Assembly: GCA_965219415.1 (NCBI GenBank)
Contig: CBDCNP010000002.1
Span: 4,128,001 to 4,192,000 of the forward strand
DNA from: Candidatus Marinacidobacterales bacterium
Lineage (GTDB): Bacteria; Acidobacteriota; Vicinamibacteria; Marinacidobacterales; DATDRI01
DNA length: 64,000 nt
Direction: 5' to 3'
Below, piece after piece: positions 1 through 10,158 of this stretch (its first letter is position 1; each line of letters opens with the position of its first letter). The notes beneath the pieces are model-generated. The model was not told the DNA's origin, searched no databases, and saw only the letters and a list, made by a program, of their open reading frames with translations. The translations under genes and the position numbers were made by a program.

Positions 1-20
1 GCAGATCAAGAGAGCGCAGA

Positions 21-260
21 ATGGCTAAGGGGAAGACGCCGTCGTTGATCGGCTCGGCTCTTGGGCGGCCCAGCAAGAAGACCTGCGGCCGAGAGACACC
101 GTGCAGCCGGTGTGCGGAAGGCATCGCCAAGGGCAAGGATTGCTACGACATTCCGCAGCCGAAGAAGCCGCACTCATCGACACGGCGATTCTGCGCGGAC
201 TGTTTCGAGGACGTGCTCGGACAGACCAAACGCGATCTTGAGAGGTTGAAGGCGCTGTGA
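21..260 (+). CDS. small hypothetical protein, possible zinc binder
   Basis: 79-aa ORF with ATG start and two CxxC motifs (CSRC, CADC). Confidence 0.55.
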   Translation: MAKGKTPSLIGSALGRPSKKTCGRETPCSRCAEGIAKGKDCYDIPQPKKPHSSTRRFCADCFEDVLGQTKRDLERLKAL

Positions 261-368
261 CGAGAACAGACGCAGCGCACTGTCCCTTCCATTTAATCGA
301 TCAGAATGGATTTAGAGCCTGACCTTCTACTGTCGGAGGGACACCAATAAAAGCCAGCTCAGTCTAGC

Positions 369-449
369 TGTGCTCCGCAAAAAGTCGATCCGGCGTTGAT
401 TGCGCGGTTTTAGACCTGCCGCAATCGGCTGCTTCGTACCGGTCGACCC
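369..449 (+). repeat. end D (left end of an rve/IS481-like element)
   Basis: tgtgctccgcaaaaagtcgatccggcgttgattg recurs at 25344, 25561, 27423 and ~30000. Confidence 0.75.
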
Positions 450-1650
450 CGTCCTGGTGCCAAAACTCAGCCCTTTTGAAATAGGCCATAAATCAGCAGC
501 TTAGTGTCTGTGTTTGCGCCGGGGCCAAGGGCCGTAGGCTTTACAATCGTCTGGCCCGAGGGTGTTATCTTCAGCTCCATGATGACGTACCACGTGCAAT
601 TCCTACTGCTCGTTCTAGCTGGCTGGGTCAACCGCCAGCAGCAGGATGTGATCGACTACCAGCAAGAGGAGAACCGTGTGCTCCGAGCCGGGCTTCGGGG
701 CAAGCGTCTCAGTCTCTCGGACGACGACCGGCGCAGGCTCGCGGTCAAGGCCCAGGCTTTGGGCCGCGAGGCGTTGGCCCAGATTGCGTCCGTTGCCACA
801 CCCGCTACGCTTGTGCGCTGGTACCGCCACCTCATCGCAGCCAGGTACGATGGCAGCAAGAACCGGAGCCCAGGCCGACCTCCGACGGCGAAGGACATCC
901 GTGAGCTCATTGTGCGCGTGGCGCAGGAGAACCCGACGTGGGGATATACGCGCCTGCGGGGTGCACTCAAGAACCTCGGACATGAACTCGGACGCAACAC
1001 CATCAAGAGGCTCCTCGCCGAGCACGGTATCGCGCCGGCTCCGGAGCGGGGCAAGAGCATGTCGTGGAGCACTTTCCTCAAGGCTCATTGGGGCGCTATC
1101 GCTGCGACAGACCTGTTCACCGTCGAGGTTGTGAACCCGTTCGGGCTCGTCCGCTACCATGTCCTGTTTGTCATCGATATCGCCACTCGCTGCGTGTGCA
1201 TCGGTGGGATGACCTCGGACCCAAACGGGGAGTGGATGAAGCAGGCGGCAAGAAACCTCACTGACCTGTGGGATGGTTTCCTCCTTGGCAAGCGGTACCT
1301 CATCCACGACCGGGAACCCGCTATTCACCGAGGCGGTACGTGGGCTCTTGAGAGATTCAGGTGTGAAGCCCCTCCGCCTTCCAGCGAACAGTCCGAATCT
1401 GAACGCATACGCGGAAAGATTCGTTCTCTCCATACGTCGAGAGTGTCTCGACCGCTTCGTACCTCTCAGTGAGCGACACCTGCGGACAGCGGTAACCGAA
1501 TACGTAGTGCACTATCACACAGAACGGAACCACCAAGGTCTCGGCAACGAGCTCCTCACACCTCTGCCGGCAAGCGCGAATGACACTGGCCCCATCGTGT
1601 CGCGAGAGCGACTTGGGGGCATTCTCAACTACTACTACCGTGCCGCGTAG
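450..1650 (+). mobile_element. element A: integrase-core (rve, IS481/IS3-like) transposase, frameshifted
   Basis: End A at 450; ORFs 504..1472 and 1273..1650 with [39 protein letters not shown]; right end not defined. Confidence 0.85.
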
Positions 1651-1777
1651 ATTGTCGCCGGCGACGGTAGCCCCTTGGTGGGCCCGCTCGGCGTAGCGTG
1701 AAAACAGCTTCAGGCACACGCTTCGATATTCGCTCTCGACTAGGTGGTTATCTGCATGGTGACGACCCGCCCGCCCA

Positions 1778-1879
1778 AGACGATTGTAAAGCCCACGGCC
1801 CTTGGCCCGGTCGCAAACACAGACACTAAGTTGCTGATTTATGGCCTATTTCAAAAGGGCCGAGTTTTGGCACAGGACG
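1778..1879 (-). repeat. end A copy
   Basis: Reverse complement of ~450-552, ending ttttggcacaggacg. Confidence 0.85.
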
Positions 1880-2037
1880 GGACGGTAGGACCGGTCCGGA
1901 TCATCCGAAGCCTCGACCGCGGCCTGGATCTCAAAGCGATCGAGGCGGTGAGACAGTGGAAGTTCAAGCCGGGCCTGTTTCAGAGCAAGCCGGTGGACGT
2001 CCTTGCCGTGATCACCGTCGACTTTACGCTGCTGTAA
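1880..2037 (+). pseudogene. TonB C-terminal domain fragment
   Basis: VRIIRSLDRGLDLKAIEAVRQWKFKPG...VDFTL; begins immediately after end A. Confidence 0.75.
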
Positions 2038-2044
2038 TAGGGTA

Positions 2045-2076
2045 CCCTCACCCTACCCTCTCCCAGAGGGAGAGGG
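2045..2076. repeat. REP-like hairpin between convergent genes
   Basis: ccctcacccta-ccctctccc-aga-gggagaggg. Confidence 0.6.
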
Positions 2077-2172
2077 ATAAAGGATGGAAGCCAACATCAA
2101 TTACCATCGTGCTGAGCAGCGGCGCCCGGACGAGTCTCACCGGCGCCGTCTGCTCCAGCACGATTTCCTTAG

Positions 2173-3738
2173 CTATTTGTAGCGCACACCCCCCTTTACC
2201 ACGACGAACACGCGCTTCATCGCGCTCATGTCGAGGAGCGGATTTCCAGCGACCACGATGACGTCGGCCAGTTTTCCGACCTCGAGCGTACCCAGCTGAT
2301 CGGTTAGTCCAAGAGCTTCTGCTCCGATGCGCGTGGAGGCTTCGATCATCCGCATGGGGCTCATACCCAGCTCGACCATGTACTGCATCTCATTAGCGTT
2401 CGGATCTTCTTGCTGAAAGTTCAGGTAGGCGGGGGTGTCGGTTCCCATCGAGAACTTCGCTCCCGCGCGGATGAAGCGGCGCATGTTCTCGCGCGAGGTC
2501 GATCGCCGCTTTATCATCTCGTTGTAGGACGGTCCGCGGAGACCAAACGCATCGTCGCCCGACTCATCGGACGGTCGAGCGCGACGCTCGTAGGTAGGAA
2601 GGCCGGACTGATCCGGGTGCCGCTGGTTGTAGACGAGCTTGTCCCGGTAGCGCATCAGGGTGCGGTACTCCTTGGGCTCCATCGACATGATGTAGAGCGT
2701 CTCGTCCCAGCGATGTGGATCCTCGGCCCGGTTCGCGCCCGCCACCATGACCTCGAGAAGGGTGTCGACGATGACTCCTTTCTTGACGTAGGCATCGATG
2801 ATGTCCTCTTCGATGAGCTCACTTCCATAAAAAGGGTGCTCGAGAGTATCGATATCGAACGCCGTCATGCGCCTCAAGCCCTCGTTGTGCCCACCGCAAT
2901 GGACGTCGATGATCTTCCCGTTCTTGTGCGCCTTGTCGATGATGAAGCGGAGCTGCTCGTCGGTGAAGTCGTTCTTGCCGTCATAGACCTCGCCGGACAT
3001 ATAAAGCTTCCAATAGTTGAAGTCCGGACCGAGGAACTTGTCGGTATCTTCTTCGAGGTCGTCGATGACGTTATAGGCGAACTCGTTGCGCATCCAATCG
3101 ATGGCATCGGCCGGCGTCTTGGCGATCTTGGTGTAATGTGCGAAGTGCTCCGGACTCGTGAACAAAGCTCCGCCGAGGAAGATTCGAGGTCCGGCCATCT
3201 CACCACGGTCGATGGCTTGCTTGATGGGCAGCAACCTTTTCCAGGGTCCGCTGGTTTGTCTTTGGCTGGTGATGCCTTGCATGAGGTAGACCCAGGCTCG
3301 AAACGGCATCCGCGCGAACGTTTCCTCCCACCTTGCCCGGATCTCGTCCATGGGGAGATCGGCAGTGGGGGCCGGATAAATAGGGTTCAATTGAATGTGC
3401 TGATTAGAATTGATGAGTCCCGGCATGATGGTCATGCCGGAGGCATCGATGACCTCGGCGCCTTCCGGAATCTGAACATCTTTCATGGGGCCCACCCACT
3501 TGATGTGCTCCCCTCCGATGACGATCGCATAGTCTTGCTTGGGCGGCGCGCCGGTGGCATCGATGAAAGTCCCTCCCTGAATGACAATGGACCGCTCCGG
3601 ACGAAACGGTGGCTCTTGCGGACCGAAGAAGACGGGGGTCTGCTGGGCACTGAGAATCATCGGCAGCAATAGACAACTCGCTATGAGCCAAAGCAGAGGC
3701 AACAAAGCGGTGATCGAATAAGAAGTTTTCTCCATCAT
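2173..3738 (-). CDS. secreted amidohydrolase family protein
   Basis: Signal peptide; IDASGMTIMPGLI, MGTD, GTLEVGKLADVIVV motifs. Confidence 0.85.
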   Translation of the reverse strand: MMEKTSYSITALLPLLWLIASCLLLPMILSAQQTPVFFGPQEPPFRPERSIVIQGGTFIDATGAPPKQDYAIVIGGEHIKWVGPMKDVQIPEGAEVIDASGMTIMPGLINSNQHIQLNPIYPAPTADLPMDEIRARWEETFARMPFRAWVYLMQGITSQRQTSGPWKRLLPIKQAIDRGEMAGPRIFLGGALFTSPEHFAHYTKIAKTPADAIDWMRNEFAYNVIDDLEEDTDKFLGPDFNYWKLYMSGEVYDGKNDFTDEQLRFIIDKAHKNGKIIDVHCGGHNEGLRRMTAFDIDTLEHPFYGSELIEEDIIDAYVKKGVIVDTLLEVMVAGANRAEDPHRWDETLYIMSMEPKEYRTLMRYRDKLVYNQRHPDQSGLPTYERRARPSDESGDDAFGLRGPSYNEMIKRRSTSRENMRRFIRAGAKFSMGTDTPAYLNFQQEDPNANEMQYMVELGMSPMRMIEASTRIGAEALGLTDQLGTLEVGKLADVIVVAGNPLLDMSAMKRVFVVVKGGVRYK

Positions 3739-4210
3739 CCTCCTCCTCGCGACATAGACAAACCGCCATGGACTATCTCAAAACTTGGCGGCTCGGGCAA
3801 CTCGAGAATTCGTGTGGTTGGATCCACATCCAACCGGTTGGATTAAAACCCCCCAATTGTATACCGAGGTTTCCGCCAGATGATGCGAAGCCGTTTGAAC
3901 GCAGCAGCTTATCCCGAGCCGGACTTCCGGGTTCTGCTGGCATTAGAATTGCTCTATGTCACGCGTGCGGGGTATGGGTGCCACGCAACCTCGGACAACC
4001 CGCCCCGCGAGCGACGCTTCTAGGGGCATTGAGCCGAGCCGAGAAACTGACAAGCCCCCAACTTTTTTGACTCCTAGGCCCATTCTGGGTCACAAAGGTC
4101 GCGGGAGTAAGTGTACACCGTGTACCATCCGTCATATCTAGTCACAAACGCAAGGTATTAGGAGGGTATGAGCCTTGATTAGTATTGCCCCGAACACAAG
4201 GAGGAAGATC

Positions 4211-7147
4211 ATGAGAGCTTTGTGGGTCTCTTCTCTAATGTTAGCTCTATTTTTGACACTTTTGGCGGTTCCCGCGTCGACGCAGGTCGGAGACACCGGT
4301 CTGACAGGAACCGTTTCCGACGGGACGGGGGCTGTCTTACCCGGAGTGACCGTCACCGCAACCCTCACCGCAATGAATATCGTTCGCACCGCGGTAACCG
4401 GTGCCGACGGGAGATACACCCTTAACCAGATTCCTGTGGGTACCTACGAGATCGTCTTCGAGCTCGACGGGTTCGATACCGCCAGGTTGGAGGGCCTAGA
4501 GCTGAACGTCGGTCAGAGACCTACGATCAACGTCACGATGCAGGTGGCTGGAGTCGCGGAGACGATTACCGTGCAAGCCGAGTCGCCGATCATCGAGACG
4601 ACTCGCTCCGAGCTTTCACACACGATCGAAGACATCCAGGTCGAGGAGCTCCCGCTCCTCGGCAGGAATTGGCTGGATCTCGCCGTTTTGGCGGCGGGCG
4701 TGAAATCCGATGGCGGCTCGGCCGACGACGCTCCCACGGCGGGCATCGGCGTCGGCCGCCAGGATAAGGTCCTCATCGATGGATCGGACGTCAACAACCG
4801 CTCCACCCACCGGACGGTCGACATCAAGCTTTCCAGAGAGTCCATCGCCGAGTTCGAGATCAAGACCAACCAGTTCGACGCCCAGCTCGGTCAAAGCGGT
4901 ACCTCGGTGACCCAGGCGGTCACCAAGTCGGGAACCGACACCTTCCATGGAAGCGGTTTTTACTACCGACGCGACGGTGACTGGGCAGCTGCGGACTTCT
5001 TCACCGGCACAAAGAACTCAGACTTCTCCAATACGCAGGTTGGTGGAACGATCGGTGGTCCCGTCATGCAGGGTAAAGCCTTCTTCTTCTTCAGCTACGA
5101 GTGGCAAAACACGCCGCAGACCTGTTCATCCAATATAGGAATCGCCGCCATCGACTCCCAACAAGTCGATTGCAGCGATAAGCGGAATCTCTGGTTCATC
5201 CGAGGCGACGCCACGATCAACCAGAACCATCGAACCGCGATTCGATACAATCGAACCACTCGCATACAACCACACGCACGCGTCGGCGGGAGCACGCCAC
5301 CGGGGGGGGGGGGCAATAACGACTTCTGGTTCAACCGCTTCAACTGGTCCTTGAACTCGGTCTTCGGAGACAGCGTGGTGAACCGGTTCATCTTCAACTA
5401 CCTCGACGCGAACCGCTTGTTCGGCAAGGTGGGTGAAGAAATTATCGGACCCTCGATCAGCCCGAGGTTGACGTCCGCCGGCCCGAGCTTCCAGTTTCCT
5501 AGCGCCATCCTGGGTGGCTCACGAGGCGGGGGCTTCGAGAACCCCGACTATTGGTCCATCCGCGATGATATCTCCACCTTCTTCGAGAAGGGCGGGGACC
5601 ACAACTTGAAGCTCGGCGGCTACCTAGAGCGGGCGCAGCTTCAGGGGTTCTTCCTCTTCCAGACCAACGGGGTCTTCTTCTTCGACCAGGACCCGGCGAA
5701 TATCCAGACCTGCTGCATCTCGGAAGACTTCCGGGAGTGGGACACGTCCCAGTTTCCCCCCGCCCTCCGGTACTCCCAAAACCTGGGTGTACCCGAGATC
5801 CTGACCCCTCAGAACGTCTACTCGGCCTATGTCCAGGACGATTGGTCAGTCAACGAAAAGCTCACGCTGAACCTGGGTTTGCGCTGGGACTTAGAGACCG
5901 GCTCTCTCTTCAATAATGAGGAGAACCTCACACGCCAAGAGCAGTTCGGTAACGACTTAAACAACTTCCAGCCGCGGCTGGGTTTCGCCTACGATATCAA
6001 GGGTGACGCCAAGACCATCATTCGGGGAGGCGCAGGACAGTTCTACTCCCAAGCCTTCTTGAACATTGCCCTGTTCGTCCAGCGCTCGAATAGAACTCAA
6101 GAGATCAACGTCACCGTCACTAACGATGACCTGGATCCCGGTTTCAACCAGGATCCGCTGGGCGGGCGCGGCTTCGACGACTTCAGTAATCTGATTGGTA
6201 CGGTTCCTTTCGACGTTTCCATTTTCGACCCGAGCGCGGTGATCCCGAGCCTCTGGACGTTCACCGGTGGCGTGGCACACCAGATTACGCCATCGATGGC
6301 TGTCGAAGTCGACTATATCTACCAGAGGACCGACAATCAGTACCGCTCGCGGGATACCAACCTCTTCTTCGACAGCGCCAATAACCGCCCCTTCCCGGTC
6401 AACGATGGATTCTTCCCCGAGCTCGGCGGTCAAGTGGTCGGCAGGGGACGGCCCGAATCGGCCTTCGCGGTAATCCGAAGTTTCGTGAACGAGGGCAGGG
6501 CCCGTTACAACGCCCTTTCGGTGGCTCTCCAGAAGAAATTCCAAAACAACTACTCCTTCGGCCTGACCTACCTGCTTTCCAAAAACGAAGACAGCTACAA
6601 CGACGTCTTCGACTACCCTAGCAACATGTTCGATCTCGAAGACGAATTCGGCACTTCGCAGCTCAGTCAGACACACCGCTTGACGGCGAACTGGGTGTGG
6701 GTCATGCCGCACGACTTCGTCTTCAGTGGACTACTCTACACGGCGTCGGGATTAGCGCGGCGGACGGTGGCCAATGGACAGGACCTCTTCGGCATCGCTC
6801 CCGAGCAGCGCGGCCTGAGCCCGCGGCCGATCTGCGGTCTCGACCCGCAATTCAACGCAGCCTGCGCCGCCCTCGGAATCGCCGATGGGACACGCATACC
6901 CCGCAATGCCTTCCAGACCGACAGCGTCTTCCGTCTCGACGTCCGCGTCGGGTGGCGTGGTTACGTCTCAGAGGAAATCTTCATCGAGCCGACCCTCGAG
7001 GTCTTCAACTTGTTCAACCGGCAGAACAACGACCCCCGGCGCTTCAACACGAACCTGGCGAGTGGCGGCTTTGGCGCACCCGGTCGCTCGACCAACCTGC
7101 CCTACCTGCCACGCACGCTTCAACTGGGTGTGCTCCTGCGTTTCTAG
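4211..7147 (+). CDS. TonB-dependent receptor (Oar-like, carboxypeptidase-regulatory N-domain)
   Basis: GTVSDGTGAVLPGVTVTA, LPLLGRN, YVQDDW, FQPRLGFAYD, C-terminal F; RBS before ATG 4211. Confidence 0.9.
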   Translation: MRALWVSSLMLALFLTLLAVPASTQVGDTGLTGTVSDGTGAVLPGVTVTATLTAMNIVRTAVTGADGRYTLNQIPVGTYEIVFELDGFDTARLEGLELNVGQRPTINVTMQVAGVAETITVQAESPIIETTRSELSHTIEDIQVEELPLLGRNWLDLAVLAAGVKSDGGSADDAPTAGIGVGRQDKVLIDGSDVNNRSTHRTVDIKLSRESIAEFEIKTNQFDAQLGQSGTSVTQAVTKSGTDTFHGSGFYYRRDGDWAAADFFTGTKNSDFSNTQVGGTIGGPVMQGKAFFFFSYEWQNTPQTCSSNIGIAAIDSQQVDCSDKRNLWFIRGDATINQNHRTAIRYNRTTRIQPHARVGGSTPPGGGGNNDFWFNRFNWSLNSVFGDSVVNRFIFNYLDANRLFGKVGEEIIGPSISPRLTSAGPSFQFPSAILGGSRGGGFENPDYWSIRDDISTFFEKGGDHNLKLGGYLERAQLQGFFLFQTNGVFFFDQDPANIQTCCISEDFREWDTSQFPPALRYSQNLGVPEILTPQNVYSAYVQDDWSVNEKLTLNLGLRWDLETGSLFNNEENLTRQEQFGNDLNNFQPRLGFAYDIKGDAKTIIRGGAGQFYSQAFLNIALFVQRSNRTQEINVTVTNDDLDPGFNQDPLGGRGFDDFSNLIGTVPFDVSIFDPSAVIPSLWTFTGGVAHQITPSMAVEVDYIYQRTDNQYRSRDTNLFFDSANNRPFPVNDGFFPELGGQVVGRGRPESAFAVIRSFVNEGRARYNALSVALQKKFQNNYSFGLTYLLSKNEDSYNDVFDYPSNMFDLEDEFGTSQLSQTHRLTANWVWVMPHDFVFSGLLYTASGLARRTVANGQDLFGIAPEQRGLSPRPICGLDPQFNAACAALGIADGTRIPRNAFQTDSVFRLDVRVGWRGYVSEEIFIEPTLEVFNLFNRQNNDPRRFNTNLASGGFGAPGRSTNLPYLPRTLQLGVLLRF

Positions 7148-7168
7148 GCCTCCGAATCCGCGCGAACC

Positions 7169-7203
7169 AAAGCCCCGGCCCTCACGGGCCGGGGCTTTTT
7201 TTT
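7169..7203 (+). terminator. rho-independent terminator
   Basis: gccccggccc-tcac-gggccggggc followed by a T run. Confidence 0.85.
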
Positions 7204-7514
7204 CCTACTTCTTGCTCAGATACTGAAAGCGCACGACCTGATCGTTGAAGTGGACGCGGCCGTGTACGTTCCGCTTGGCCGCGAGCTGACTCTCTTCGTG
7301 TGTCTGAATGAGCAGAGCCCGCCCGCAAGCCCGCGAGCACAGCACCAGCTTTCCCTCTCTGGCTCGACATGCTATTCTTTCGCTTCTAAAGGAGGGGAGA
7401 AAGCACCCACGGGGGGGTGAAAATGCACCGGTATCGGAGGGGCACCCGCCGTCAAAATCCCTATCCTTTTAGGAGAGTGTAGGCTCTGTTTGGCACTGCC
7501 CAACATTCAAGGAG

Positions 7515-8973
7515 GGGATGTCCCGCCGGATGTTGAATTTGGGGTAGCGGCGGCTCCTTGGCCGGCCTAAGAATAGGTCTGCCAATAAACCGTCTCCAGA
7601 GGGGGACAAGGAGCCACCAATGCCTAGGAAATCGAAGAAGCCAGTAAGAAAGCAAACGCACTCGCCTACGAGCAAGGTAGTTGGCCAAGTCGGTCAGATA
7701 CTGCTACCGATGATAGCTGGGATCGCGGCCACGAAGGCGGAACTGACGGAATGGGTGTACGAGCAAGGACTGACAGCTCTGCACCTACTGCTCAGAGAGG
7801 ACGCCGAGGAGATCGCGGGGCTCAAGGGCAAGCACGAGAAGGAGCGAACTCATAACCACTGGGGGAGCACGAACGGAGAGCTGAGCTTCGGTGGTCGTCG
7901 CATCCAAGTGTCGCGACCTCGAGTTCGCTCGAAGTCGGGCGAGGAGGCGTCGCTTCCACACTTCGAAGCCTTCTGCGAAGAAGACCCGCTTCCAGAGCGA
8001 GTGTTGAATCAGATCTTGGTGGGGGTATCGACCCGAAATTACGAATCGAGTCTGAACAAACCCGCGGCCAAGTTGAAGTCTCGTGGCACGAGTAAGAGTG
8101 CCGCCAGCCGTCACCTCGTGAGCCAGACGACTAAGAAGCTCGAGGAATACCTGTCTCGGCGGCTAGAGGAGTTCGAGCTTGCGGCACTGATGCTGGATGG
8201 CCTTGAGGTGGCCGGACAGACCGTCGTCGTAACTCTAGGTATCACAATAGATGGAACGAAGGTGCCCCTGGGTATATGGCTGGGCTCGACGGAGAACTCT
8301 CGGGTGTGCACCGCGATGTTGCAGGACCTTCTCGAGCGGGGCTTGCGCGTCGATGAGTCGATTCTCTGCGTAGTGGACGGAGGCAAAGGCATCCGCAAGG
8401 CACTCGTCGACGTTTTGGGGGACCTCGCGGTCATCCAAAGGTGCCAGATCCCATAAACTCCGAAATCTTCGCTCGTACCTTCCCAAGTCTCGTCACGCCT
8501 ACGTGCTCCAGACGATGAAGGAAGCCTACAAGTGCAAGAGTGCCGACAAGGCGCGCAAGCGACTTCAGGCATTGGTGTCGTGGCTCGAGCGAAACGGCTA
8601 CGACGAAGCTGCCGGAAGCCTTCGTGAAGGGATGGAAGAGACACTCACGGTCGTGAAGCTCGCGCTGCCCGCCTTACTTCGCCAGTCTCTTGCCACGACG
8701 AACGCCATTGAGAATCTCAACGGAACCATTCGCAGAGTATCGAGAAACCTCAAGCGTTGGAAGAGTCCTTCCATGGTTCGCCGATGGACCGCTCTTGGCG
8801 TCGTCACCGCGCAGAAAGAGTTCCGGCGTATCAAAGGCTATCGCCATATGGGCGCTCTCGTTCACGCGCTTAGAAGCAAACAGAAATCTCTTGACAGCGA
8901 TGAGTTTGCTGCCTAAGAGTATTCACAGGTGCCGTCGCTACCCGACCAAATTCAACAGCGGCCGGGACATCCC
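7515..8973 (+). mobile_element. IS256-family element, transposase frameshifted
   Basis: TIRs gggatgtcccg...cgggacatccc; ORFs 7620..8456 and 8503..8916 (GVSTR, VVDG, QRCQ, TTNAIENLN); no TSD seen. Confidence 0.85.
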
Positions 8974-8998
8974 CGGAATTACACTATTGATTTGCACC

Positions 8999-9088
8999 AG
9001 CCTACGACCTTTGGTCCGGTCGCAAACACAGGCACTGAGCTGCTGATTTGTGGTCTACTTCAAAAGGGCCGAGTTTTGGCACAGGACG
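8999..9088 (-). repeat. end A copy
   Basis: Ends caaaagggccgagttttggcacaggacg. Confidence 0.8.
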
Positions 9089-9106
9089 GGTGTCTCTTAG
9101 GTAGCG

Positions 9107-9340
9107 CTACTCGCGGTCGGGGCACTCGGACTCGGGCTCACGGTGCACCCACTCAGTACCGTTGGCGGTTAGGACGATGACGTCGACTGGTCCACCGACC
9201 TTGGTAGGCATGCGCTCCGCTTGGCGATCAATGATCGCTACAAGCACCGCGGCTATGTCCTGCCTAGACGGCCTCTCTAGGTCCCCCACAAGACGAGCTT
9301 CGCCAAGGCCAGCTGGTTTTCGCTTTTGGGAGTCCGCTCG
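9107..9340 (-). pseudogene. C-terminal fragment of an unknown protein
   Basis: KVGGPVDVIVLT..W; N-terminus replaced by the opposite-strand htrA fragment. Confidence 0.35.
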
Positions 9341-9341
9341 G

Positions 9342-10156
9342 ACTGACGCACCCATAAAACCCTGGCAATAGCGGGGGCCCGCTGGTGGATGCAAGCGGCC
9401 GGTTGATGGGCATCAATACCCTCATCTATTCCCAGTCCGGAGGGAGCGAGGGGTTGGGCTTCGCCGCTCCGAGCAACATCGTTCGCAACATCTACGAACA
9501 GATCCGGAAGTCGGGTCGAGTACGGAGAGGCGAGATCGGAGTGCTGGCCCAAACGATCACCCCCAATCTAGCTCGGGGTTTGAATCTACCGCGTGAGTGG
9601 GGAGTGATCCTGGGAGACGTCTACCCCGGTGGACCGGGCGCCGATGCCGGGCTCGAAATAGGGAGACGTCGTCCTAACTCTCGATGGCAAGGCGAGGGAG
9701 AACGGTCGCCAGTTCCAGGTCAACCTCTATCGACGGACCGTCGGAGAAAGGGTCACCCTTCGCGTGCAACGCGGCTCGGACATTACCAACTTCGAGGTCA
9801 GAGTCGTGGAGCGTCCCGACGATCCGGACCGATTCCGTGACATGGTTCACCCCGATCGAAACCTGGTCGACGAGCTTGGAATACTCGGAGTCGACTACGA
9901 ACGGGCGCTCGCCTCGAAGCTTCCTCGCCTGCGAAAGCGTTCGGGCGTCGTCGTAGCGGCCCGGTCCGTCGAGACGGTGTCCTTTCGGGACGGCGGCCTT
10001 TTGCCCGGCGACGTAATCCAAGCGGTAAACCGCCCATCGATTGCTACGCTGTCCGAGTTGCGGGCGACCCTCGCGAGGCTCCGTCCCGGCGATCCCCTCG
10101 TGCTTCAGACAGACCGACAAGGGCGCATCTTGTTCGTCGGCATGGTGGTGGAGTGA
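9342..10156 (+). pseudogene. HtrA/DegP protease C-terminal fragment (catalytic Ser + PDZ), frameshifted
   Basis: TDAPI(N)PGNSGGPL, GSEGLGFA, PDZ GLLPGDVI, spread over several frames. Confidence 0.8.
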
Positions 10157-10158
10157 TA

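Noticed and set aside
2410-3672. Long antisense ORFs (also 5957..6712, 20157..21110, 46636..47397 and others)
   Set aside because: Shadow frames of well-supported genes in GC-rich DNA, with no motifs
7400-7460. Possible IS21-type end (ggggtgaaaatgcacc)
   Set aside because: Single short motif with no TG terminus and no istA/istB
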